This document shows, one piece after another, positions 52,553 through 64,000 of a DNA stretch of 64,000 nt. Each line of letters starts with the position of its first letter. Position 1 is the stretch's first letter. The notes beneath the pieces were generated by a model. That model had not been told where the DNA came from. It saw only the letters and a list, made by a program, of their open reading frames with translations, and ran no database searches. The translations under genes were made by a program, and so were the position numbers. The stretch is from Nageia nagi (Eukaryota; Plantae; Pinophyta), in contig JBITNC010000001.1 of NCBI GenBank assembly GCA_050084985.1, positions 6,448,001 to 6,512,000 of the forward strand, written 5' to 3'.

Positions 52553-54112
52553 GATGCTTGTAATTTAGATTATAATTGACTACCTACAACATCATACACA
52601 AATTTTAGAAATTGCATAAGATATTCTAAAGACACAACATATATAAAGCTTTTATTTGCATGAAAATAATTGATAGGCATGCAAAGATCAAGCAATATAT
52701 ACAACACACACACATATGTACATGTCATAAATTTTTATTTATTTTCAAGTTTTTGAATATTTTCATTATTTGTATATTATTTTTTATTTATAGTATTTTT
52801 TACAATGGGATATGATTTACAATTCTTTAATGATGATGACAAATAACTTTCCTATGAATAACCCAATGTCCATGATCCAAAAAGTAATAGTAAGGAGGTT
52901 GCAATCGAAGGTGAATAGGATCTTGTCCTAGAATAAATGGTTAGGAATGAATGGGATATGAAATGAGGGGTGGGATTGGTGGTTGAGGTTTAAACTTCCT
53001 AATGACTCTATTGAATTCTATGGATGAAGTTGAGGATTTAGTATATACCTCAAGGAGCGTTAAAAAGGAAGGTATGTATGTAGGATGGTGCGAAGTGGGG
53101 GGTAATGGAATGGGTAGTAATGGATAAGTCCACAACAAAAAATATGGAATGAGACTCCCTACTAAAACACCAAAACTTTTAATATCAACAATGTTGGAAC
53201 AATGTAATTTTCCAATATCTTTGATTTGTTTTCTTTCATCTAAACATTAATTGATTCATTCAAATCATATTTTCACATTCAAGGGATTATTTGTGTAACA
53301 ATTATTACTAAATAATGAACTATAATTATATACAATTTCATTCTTTAGAAAATATGGCATAAAGTATGATAATACTTGGTTGAAAATAATTGAAGTCAAA
53401 ATAAGAGGGTAACCCATAAATTTGATATGAACATCTTCAACATAATCTATCACAATTTTGGGTTTATCATAAGGCCAATGTAGATAGAACCATTGTAATA
53501 AACTCATTTCATATTCTTTTTCCATCCACATTTCTTATGCTTTTATTTCAATTAAAACCTTTAAATCATTCACTTTGATTTCCCATGCATTTGATGTACT
53601 TCTAATTGCACTTCTTTAGGTAAGTCAAGAAAATATGCCATAAGTGTATAAGGAGTTTTTCAAAGTAGTTGCATGTAAACATCTCCTTTATATCTATCCA
53701 TGAAACTTTGATCAAAATAATAAAATCAAACATGTTCATGTTTAGTAATTTCTAACCCTTTGTTTATCATTATTTTTTCATGACAATCAGAAGATGAGGG
53801 GGATATGAATCTCAATCTTATTTGAGAAAATCATTTATTAATATTTCTCTTAACTCTTTTCAATTTCCTAGGTTTGGGTATAAATAAAGAAAAAAAATCA
53901 TATATTAACTTTTGATGGCACAAATCTCTTATGAGTTGATTCATCCAAGTCATTATTGGATGTAAGCTTAGCGGATCTTGGGATGCAATATCTAGAACCC
54001 AATCATTAAAAGTACAATCAAGAATATGTTTAGGTGTTGCAGTAGGCTAATACAAGCATAGTAAATTTATATTCTATACTTGCTCATAATAATGATAAAA
54101 CCCTTGGAAATA

Positions 54113-54379
54113 CTAGGCCCTATCTAAGTAAATTTCAAGATTTTCTTCTTCAACATAGATTTTCCAACCTTTGAATGTATGTAGACAGTGGCCCAAGGCT
54201 AGATCCCTTTGTATGTCAATGGGTAATTGAAGAACATTTTGTGCTCTTGGGAAAGTGAACTTAGTGAGTTTGGATATGGTTCTATCTCCCAAATATCTAG
54301 ACTTTTCAAACCATAGTCCTTGCCTTACTCCTTTTCTTTCTAATGGAACATGAACACTCTTGACTCTCTTGATCTTCAT
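54113..54379 (-). CDS. Unknown 88-aa ORF just downstream of the element B integrase
   Basis: Stop-free ATG ORF ~100 bp after the pol stop; no recognisable domain. Confidence 0.3.
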   Translation of the reverse strand: MKIKRVKSVHVPLERKGVRQGLWFEKSRYLGDRTISKLTKFTFPRAQNVLQLPIDIQRDLALGHCLHTFKGWKIYVEEENLEIYLDRA

Positions 54380-54478
54380 ATATTAAATCCATTTATCTTT
54401 ATCAGTTTATTGTAAGAATTTTATTCTTTTTCATCTAAATATTTATAATATATATACATAAATAAAATAAAAGCTACT

Positions 54479-57400
54479 CTAACTATAAAAGGGATGAAAA
54501 TGCATGATATTTATTGGTTCACACTCTTCATTACCTTCTAAATTAGCTAAGTGATATGCTTCTGATCCAAATTTTCTCTTAACCATGTAAGGTCCTAACT
54601 AATTAGGAGCAAATTTGTCTCAAAGCTGTCTCTCCATTCATGAATTTTTTTGGTTTTCCTTTAGTACTAGGTCTCATATATTAAATTCATGAATTTTAAC
54701 TCTTTTATCAAAAGCATGTTTAATTCGACTTTAATAGGTATGCATGTGTTCTAATGCATTAACTCTTCTCTCATATAGAAGCAATAATTGATCTAATCTT
54801 ATTTGATGAGTTGCTTCATCTATGATATAATCTTGTAGAGCAATTTGCAGAGATGGAATTTCTATTTCTAAGGGTAATACTACTTCTACCCTATAGACTA
54901 AAGAAAACAAGGTTGCCCTAGTAGGAGTTCTAATGCTAGTGTGATAAGCCCATAAAGCATGTAGAATTCTTGCACGCCAATCTTTGTGAGAATTATCAAC
55001 TATTTTAGGTAGTATAATACAAATAGTTTTATTCATAGCCTCAGCTTGTCCATTCCCTTAGGGGTAATATGGTGTTGAAAAACTAATTTGAATGTGATAT
55101 CCTTTACTTAAAGCTAATACTTTTTTATTTTTGAAATTCTTTTTGTTGTCAGTAATAATTTGAGCAGGAATCTCAAAATGACAAATAATATGATATTCTA
55201 TGAACTCTACTATCTTTGGTCCTTTCATCAAAATCATAGGAATAGCTTCAACCCATTTCACAAAGTATTCTATGGTTGTTATTATAAATTTGTGTCCTCC
55301 TAAAGAAATAGGGGATATTTGGCATATTAGATCTAATTCCCATCTTGAAAATGACCATAATCATTGCATGGGTTGCAATGCTTACGATGGTTGATTAAAC
55401 AAATTAGAATGTTATTGGCATCTAACATATTTTTTAATATATTCCATGCAATCACACTCCATGGTGGGCCAATAATATCCCATATGCATTAGTTGTTTTG
55501 TTATTATGGAACTACTAAAATGCCCTTCACATATTTCATCATGTGCGCATAAGATTGCAATTTGTGAATCCACCCATTCTAAGCATATGATAAATATCTC
55601 ATCGAAACCTCTACAATATGACATCCCCTAGCATACAAAAATGAGAAGGTTTTAATTTGAATGCTTTCTTAACTAATTTTGTTAGATTAATAGGTAGGAT
55701 TCCATCTCTTAGGAATTTCACTAGTTGGATATGCCATGAATTCTTGTCTTCCATTGTAATATCAAGAACCTCATGTTCTACTCCATGTGTGTTCAATTAG
55801 GATTGAGTAATTTGGACAACCTCTATATGAATGGTTTTTTGATGGGGGTTTTTAGGTATCAAAGATCCGATTGAATCCATAGCATCAGCAAATCTATTGG
55901 TTGACCTTGATGCTACTTCTAAATCATATTTCTCAAATGATTACAATAGATTATCTACCAATTTTTTGTACTTTTGTAGCAGGGGTTCTTTACATTAGAA
56001 TATTCCTTTAACCTAGTTTATGATTAGTAATGAGTCACTAATGAATTTAACTCTTTTTAGTCTTAATTTCAAAGCTATTTTTATAGTTAATATTAGAGCT
56101 TCATACTTAACATTATTATTTGTGCACAAAAAATTAAGTTTGAAGGAATAAGGTATAGGACCCTTTGAGATGTGATAAATACAATACCAACACCTTCACT
56201 TTTTTTCAATCTTGATCCATCAAAATATATCAACATATCCTAATCTTCTCCAAGTTCAATAGAAATGTTCATCTCATTGATTGAAAAACATGTTCATCTG
56301 GTAGTTCAATGATGAGTGGTTTATCATTGGATATTGGTGCTTCTGTGAGATAATCAGCTATAACTTGACCTTTGATGGATTTTTGACTTATAAATTGCAA
56401 TTCAAATTTGGTTAGTTGCATAATCCATTTGGATGTTCTAGAATTTTGGTAGGTTTTGTTCATCATGTATTTCAAAGGATCTACTTTAGCAATTACATAT
56501 GTGGTGTGATTTAACATATAATGTCTCAATTTATTAGTTGCAAAAACCAAAGCTAAGCATAATTTTTCCAAGTATATGTATTTGATTTTATAACCAACTA
56601 GGGTTTCGATTAAGGTAATATATATCTTGCTCCTTATTATTTTCATTCTTTTGAGAAAGCATAATTCCCAATGTCGATTCTATAATAGACGTATATAATA
56701 GGAATGGTTCCCCTTCCTTTGGTGGAACTAAAATTAGAGGTGATAAAAGATAGCATTTTATTTCATCACATGCTTCTTATTTTTCACTACCCTAGTGGAA
56801 TGTAATACCTTTTTTTAACAATTTATTGAATGGTTTACACTTATTTGATAATTGAGAGATAAAACATCTTGCAGCTTACCTCATAAACTTTGCAATTATT
56901 TTATATTTGAAGGGGGAGCATATTCATTATTGCTTTTATTTTATTAGAATCTACTTTGATTCCTCACTTAGATACAATAAAACCTAATAATTTTTCCAAA
57001 GTGACTCTAAAAACACATTTCTTGGGGTTTAATCAAATACTATGCTTTAGTAATCTATCAAATATTTTGATGAGTATCTTTGGATGATCCTCTCGGGTTT
57101 TGGATTTAGCTAATACATCATCTATGTAATTTTTCACAATATCATGCATGTAATCATGGAAAATGTACATCATTTCCCTTTGATAAGTGGATCCTACATT
57201 TTTTATACAAAAAGACATTACTTTATAACAAAAAATTCCCCAAGGCATTGTGAGTGTTGTCTTATGTTGAATTTCTTATGCTACTTTTATCTAGTTATAT
57301 CTTGAAAATCGATCCATAAGAGATAGCATTTCATGTCTAGCAGTAGAATCAACCAAACTATCTATATTTGGTAGTGGAAAGTCATCCATAGCTTTATTTA

Positions 57401-60400
57401 AGTCTCTAAAGTTTGTGCATATGCAAATCTTTCCATTGGACTTTTTGACTGGTACCATGTCAGAAATCTAATCAGAATAATCAATGGGATGGATGAACTT
57501 GGCTTCTAAAAGTTTTTATAACTCTTATTTCACCATCAATGCTATTATTGGATGCATTTTTTGTAATTTTTGTTTAACGGGGTTAGCATCTTCTTTAATA
57601 CCCAGGTTATGTACTACCAAGTTAGGATCTAGCCTAGGCACATTAGCATATGACCACACAAATATTTTTTGCTTTTCTTTGAGTATAGATATAAATTCAT
57701 CTCTCTCACTTTTAGTTAGTGATTTTCCTAGTTGAATAATATTAGGATTATTAGGATCATCACTTAAGTCAACCTCGATAGTTTCTTCAATTAACATATG
57801 TGTCCCTTCTTCCAATTAATTTTGTATTGGAATCCATTTTTTTTCATTTATGTTGTATTCTTCATCTTCAATTAAATGTTGGTCTTCTAAGGTGGTGTTT
57901 ATGGTGAAGTATGAAATTTGTAATATAGTATCTATATCCTTGAAGTCTTATATTGTAGGTTGTTCAAAAATTAATGTGAAGTCTATAGTGTCTTCATCTA
58001 CCAAGAAGTATGATGAAGAACTACTTAAACTTATTGGACTTGATGATTCAACTCATCACTTTCAAACCAATCAAAAGATATTTTCTTTAAGACTTCATCA
58101 AATATTTCTATGATTTATACCATATTATTTGATCCATCATTAAGAAATAACCTTTCTAAAGATAGTGTTTCATATTCCACATTATCTTGACTTGTTATCC
58201 CTTTATATTTTTTAGATGACCTTTCATATTTCAATATTTCCAATTCTAGTTCAACTATTTTACAACCAGATTCCTTTCTATTGTTACTTATATACCCCAA
58301 TCCTATTTTATGAGTGAGTAATTAGTATTAAATATTGATTGTATATCTAGGTCCTCTTTCATATCACCCTAAACCTTATCCTTTCCATTGACATCTATCA
58401 AAATACCTTTAGTCAAATGAGCTTACATAAGGTGATAAATATTCTAATGAATTACAGAAAACACCTTCATGGGGTTGGGGTAAAGGAAGAATAGGTGGTT
58501 CTATAGGACCTTTATAAATAAAGAGTGCTTGATTAGGAACTTTCCCTAATGGCACCAATTGCTCCACTACATTGGAAGATTATTTTGGTCTTCCTATTTC
58601 TTAAATAGAAGGAATATTAAAAATAACATCATTGATTCCAAATTCCCATATACCACAATCTATCAATTTTATGGTTACATGATAAATGTTTGATGGCTTA
58701 TCTTTTGCTGGAAATCATAATATTTTATTGATGTATTCGTAGGAGAATATATTTTGATGAAGAAGCTTTTCTTAAATCATCTAACTTTCATGCTCATTCT
58801 TCCCAGGTACATCTTTCTTGAGGCATTGGTTCTATTTTGTATGGTGAACCATTATTGATATTTTGAGTGTTGGGTAATTCTTGATTGATAACACATTCTT
58901 TTTTCAAGGAATTCAAAGAAGGATTATTTTTACCTGCTCCCAAATCAATGGTTTTTCTAATGATTTAGGTATTGTAGGATAATGAGTGGATGGTAAAGCC
59001 ACTTCTTTTGATAGATGTGCACTATTGCAATGTGAATATGGATTTTCATCTCTAGGTACACAATGCACTACACCCTTATGAATATACTTTAAACAATTAT
59101 GATATATTGATGGGACACACTGCATATCTCTAATCCAAGGTTTTCCTAAAATAATAATACACTAAGTTATATCTCCTTTGATTACTTATAGTATTGTTTG
59201 CACTATTTTAGACACTACGATGATAGGCAATGAAATGGATCCCATTATTGAACATAAAGCATCACTGAATGCTTTTAATTGCAAGATCGATGTACAAATA
59301 TGTGAAAATAGAAGATTCAAATTCTTATATGCAATTGTTGAAATAATGTTTATTGCTTAACCTTCATCAATTAATATTCTTTTAAAACCTTTCTGTCCAC
59401 TTTAGCTATGATATATAAGGGAGGATCTTGACCATATATTTCATTTGATTGTTTAACTTCATGATCATAGAAAATAAAAGTGGGTTTTTGACTTATATTA
59501 ATATTTCTTACAAAAGACACAAAAATTTCAGGATCATTTATGTTCAATTCACTTATCTGTAATAATTGGATCATCGCATCTCTATGATTCTTGGATTATT
59601 GTAGTAACTTGAACAAAGACATTTTCACTTGTGAATTCTTAAATTATTGATGTCAAGCTCCTTTTACTGAAACCTTAAGGGGTTGAGGTCTAGGTATATT
59701 GGGTTGTGTAACAACCTCATTTGGTTGATTATCTGGAATATTGTTTTGCCTTCCTTGTACCCTTTGAGCTCTTGTGGAAATGTTTACCATCCCTACAAAA
59801 TTTGAATTGTCGTAACTCCAATTATGCATTACTTGATTCTCAGCAGAATGTAATGACACATTATTAGCTTGATGTTGAGGAAGAGGATTTTGATAAATTC
59901 TCAAATTTTGATTAGGAATAGCTAAGAGATTACCAACCTTCAATTTTCCTTAATCAATCAAGTTTTGGACTTTATGTTGTAAAGTATTATACTTATTTGT
60001 ATCATGACCCTTTTGAAGATGGAAATGACAATATACCATATACTATTTTTAGCATTAGGACATTCAAGTCTTATATCTGGTAATGTAATCAGTTGATGAT
60101 CATAGAGCTTCTTTAGAATATCGTAGAGAGATTATGATAAAGGAGTGAACTTTATTTGCGGTTTAAATTCATTTTTCTCATTTTATGGAGGATTTGGTTA
60201 TGCTTATTTGGTGATAGAAACTTTGTTGGTTGATGATGGTTTATTTACTTGTTCCATTTGATTTTTGCTTTTAACATAAGGTTCTTTTTCCTTACCTTCT
60301 ATCTCACCATATTGGATTTTCACCTTTTTTATTATGACAACTTGAGATATGGCTTCTTCAAAGGTCTTATGTTGTTGGATTAATAAGGTACTAGTGATAG

Positions 60401-62193
60401 GTCTTAAATAACTTTGACTAAACATTTTTACCAATTCTTCTTGAGGTAGAGTGTAGGGCATGCTTGTCAATATTACCCTCCATCTTAAGATAAAATCAAT
60501 GATCAATTCATCTTGAAATTGTTGTATTCTTGTAGGATCAGTGATGGAGGTTTTATCTTTGATATTTATCCTAAGATGTTCCAAGAACATATTTTCCAAC
60601 TATGCATATGAATGAATACTATACTTTGTTAAGTTATTGTACCAATACATTTCTTTTCCAACAAGTGTCATGGGAAAAATGTGTAACATTAATGCATCAT
60701 CATTAGCAATAAAATAACTTGAATACTTAAGTCATCGAAGATATTCTTTAAGATCTTCCTTTCCTTTGAATGGCTCAATTTTTAGAATTTCAAATTTGAA
60801 AGGAATTTCCTTTTTAAGAACACTTAGATGAATTGGTTCATTATAAATCATTTAATATGAAACTTTTTGTTTACTTTGCAAACATAACTCTTTTTCAATT
60901 TCCATCAATATTTTGTGAAGATCATCCTCTTTTTCAAGTTGATTTTGATGCATGGGATATTTCTCATTTCTATGATCCACTTTTCCTTCATACTTGGGAA
61001 TGATTCATATATTTATTCAAAAGGTGTTTGTGCATCATACTAAACTCCATCATATGGTGGGGAAGGTGTTGGAGGTTGATATGGAGGCAATTTTTGTTGC
61101 ATTTGTTGTCAATGTAATGGTTTAGGAGGATAATATGATTGACCTTTATTTATAAGTGGAGGTAAATGATACCTTTGAAGCTCATCTTGTTGCTTTTTAA
61201 GTGAAGTTTCCTTTCTTTTAGCTAGGTAATGATTTTGATATTTATACACTCAATGACCTTAGGGAGATAAGGATTGTACTCTAGGTTGATATTTTTTATC
61301 CTTCTCCATCATTTGATTAGGTCTAGATTAGATTTGAACATTTTGCTTATTGGGTTGTCTCATTGGTAGCCTATTTTGATGTACATTGAGTACGAGTTAT
61401 GTTTGCAATCATGGTTGTTGAAAAAATACTATAGGTTTAACTTATTTTTATACACTTGGATTATAGAAAACCATTTATTATATGGTTGGTGTTGTATATT
61501 ATTTTGAGGTGGATTATCTTTCCTATGTGCATAGGGAGGTATTCCTTGTAATTTAAACCTTATTAGATCAAATTTATTTCTCACTTCATGTCCTTGTCTA
61601 GGGGTTCTATGGCTTGACAAAGGAGTTGGTGTATTTGACTTTAAAATGTAATAAGGATTATTATAGACTCTAGAGTGGCCTATATATTATGGTATGGGTG
61701 TAGCTGTATGTATGGAGATTCGATCATCAAATTATTCCATATGCCTAGAAATAGTGGAAGGAGTATAATTATCTCTTCTTAGATATGATTGAACTAAACA
61801 TCCATCCAGTAGATGTTGTGTGATATGATCATACTTAGGTATAAAAGGGCCTCTTTGGAGAATAGAATGACCTAAATGAGTTTGTGAAGGGGGTATATTT
61901 ATTAATACAATCTCTTCTACATCATCAACTGGTTGTGTATCTTCTGCTAAATAATCTAGATTTAGAGGAAGGCTATGGGCATGAGAAGAATGAGGGATTA
62001 TTAATTATGTTAAATGTTGTCTATCTATATCCAAGTAATCATCAATAGGTTTTAAATAGGTTATATTTGTTACTCAAGGAGTTTATCTTTTCAATGTGTT
62101 CCTACTAGACCTATAACTTTTTCATTCTTCCAAATAGTTTTCATTGTTCATTTCTTTCTTTTGATGACCTATTTGAGATCAAGTATTAACCAT
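54479..62193 (-). pseudogene. Element B gag-pol (gag, zinc knuckle, protease, G-patch, RT, RNase H, second RNase H, integrase)
   Basis: Start 'MVNT*SQ' at 62193; gag 60204-60599; RT 'WGIFCYKVMSF..YIDDVL' (57033-57248); RNase H 'KLRHYML..SIKGQVIADYL'; second RNase H 'YFDGS..TNNNVKYEAL'; integrase 'KWVEAIP..FSTPYYP', 'ALWAYHTSIRTPT'. Confidence 0.93.
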
Positions 62194-63002
62194 TTTCTTT
62201 TGGTTTTTGTTTTCTTGTATTTTTTGTTATTTTTTTTTTCTACCAAACTATAAGTAAAACAAAACAAACATCAAACATAGCAATTCTATTTTTATTTTTT
62301 AAATTTATGTTTGCAAGAAAATAATTATATGCATAAACAACCTACATGCATACTCACCTTTTCAATGTGATTATCTTTTCTAATTTTTTGGTATATTAAA
62401 TTAATCCTTTTAATATGAGCAATATGAATTGTACATTTTAATCTTGTTAATTTTCCTAAATTGGTCTGTCTAGTCAAGTGTTTAAGAAAGGTAGGTTGGT
62501 GATCCTATAAGCAATCTATGGATGAGTAATGACTTGGTACTTAAAGTGATCCCCTTAATACAATGGAATTCAAGAAATTCCACTACGAACTATCTTGGTG
62601 ATGAAATCCAAGTATAGCCCCCTTTTTTATAATCATTCAGCCAAAAGTAACAACTTCTAACCTATGAACCTGGTATTCATCTTTAGGTTTTGGCTCTAGG
62701 GCTCATTATATTTTATCAGTGAGAGTATGAGAGAATAAGAATCAATGGTTGGTAATGACCTCCAACTCATTGATGTTCATTTTAAAAGGTCTCATGATTA
62801 TGCATTTAATAAAAATAAAATACTAATGGGTGCAATTTCTAATCCTTCCAATCATACATGTCCATTAATTAAAACCTTTTAATGTGATTCAAACAATGTT
62901 TTAAATAATGTGCAAGTTAATATAGATACCCATAAGATTTATTACCTTTTAATGAAGTTCATTAACCAAAGGAAATATTAAAATATGATTTATTACCTCT
63001 TC

Positions 63003-63165
63003 TTACAAGTCATAATCCTTCGATCACCTCTTGGTGTGGTAAGGAAGATAAGTAAGAAGCCATTATTGTGAGTAAATTTCTTTTAATGAAATTTTATTTC
63101 CCTTTGTTACGAGTCACAATCCTTCGATTGCCTTTTGTAATGGTAAGGAAAACAAGTAAGAGTAT
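63003..63165. repeat. Diverged direct repeat (~55 bp x2, ~104-bp spacing) in the element B leader
   Basis: acaagtcataatccttcgatcacc..tggtaaggaagataagtaaga vs acgagtcacaatccttcgattgcc..tggtaaggaaaacaagtaaga. Confidence 0.8.
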
Positions 63166-63883
63166 TAATATATAAAAAATAACCACCAGATTCATTAACC
63201 AATTTAGTGTATCTTATTCTACCTTAAAATCAATAAATTCATCTTACGTTCATTCTAGATTTTATGAGGATTAATTATTCCTTCCAAGTGTGGAAGTCAC
63301 TTAGTGTGAATTCATTTACCATTTTAATGTGATAAGATGAAAAAATAAAAGGTCCATTTACCCTTTTTCTATAACATCCATTTTGATCACCTTAGAAAAA
63401 TATTAAGTCAGTTTGTTTGTTTGTTTGTGCAATCCCTTCTCAAATAGAGAACATATAAATAAACTTTAGAAATCTATTCAAATAAACACAAAAAATAATG
63501 CATTTTATTTCGTGATATTCAATTCCATCCCCTATATGCATTCTGAGCACAAGGATCATAAATAAGGTGTTCATTTTTTATCCTCAATCTTAATTCCTAG
63601 GCTATGCTTATGAAATTGACAAGAATAAAAATTCAACCTTCTGATAACAGTCATTAGCATTTTGATAGAGTCATCAATGTTTTAGTCCAATCATTAGTGT
63701 TTGATACTCAATTATCAATGTTTTTGCAACTCAAGCTTGGAAAAATACATAACACAAAAAATGAAATCAGTTTTCTACCACACAATACAAACCATAAAAA
63801 TGCACGTAAAAATATATAAAAACCCCCTACATTTTGTCACTAATGTTGTTTGCATACGAGGGACTCTCCTTTTAGCGCTAGAA

Positions 63884-64000
63884 TGTTGTACTAAAAAAGT
63901 AACCATGTTATAAAATAAGACAAGACATGTTACAACCAATATTTTTCTTTATTACTCTTGAGCAGACCTCAAAATGATTACAAATGATGAATCCTTTTCA
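63884..64000 (-). repeat. 5' LTR of element B (partial)
   Basis: Homologous to 45815-45930. Confidence 0.9.

Larger units (their letters stand above)
45815..64000 (-). mobile_element. Large (>18 kb) Tat/Ogre-like gypsy retrotransposon, element B; 5' LTR runs off the window
   Basis: LTR 45815-46661 matches 63884-64000; PBS-like TAGCGCTAAAAGGAG beside 63883; gag-pol 54479-62193 with two RNase H domains; ~7.8 kb 3' accessory region. Confidence 0.92.

Noticed and set aside
62590-62617. Hairpin ctatcttgg-tgatgaaat-ccaagtatag as a hammerhead ribozyme or snoRNA
   Set aside because: CUGANGA/GAAA core and three-stem layout not present; no paired C/D boxes. At most a leader stem-loop.
1-64000. tRNA or rRNA genes
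   Set aside because: None recognised; only short tRNA-complementary primer-binding sites of LTR elements.

Overview
AT-rich eukaryotic nuclear DNA from a large-genome seed plant, probably a gymnosperm/conifer (inferred from the very long TE-filled intron and dense, decayed, nested retrotransposons). Most of the window is degenerate Ty3/gypsy, Ty1/copia and LINE sequence. It holds one host gene on the minus strand (~23.5-36.7 kb): three coding exons giving a 444-aa protein resembling the uncharacterised plant 'BRI1-KD interacting protein 128'-like family, two 5'-leader exons and a ~10.5 kb leader intron. Main points of interest: (i) a uORF-dense spliced leader with an ATG-less 51-codon frame crossing the exon1/exon2 junction, a candidate non-AUG conserved-peptide uORF; (ii) PP1-docking-like and 14-3-3-like motifs in the host protein; (iii) a complete ~6 kb LTR element with Gag and two diverged aspartic proteases but no RT/RNase H/integrase core; (iv) a >18 kb Tat-type element with an antisense plant mobile domain gene and extra ORFs in its ~8 kb 3' region. 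All calls are by eye; no searches were run.
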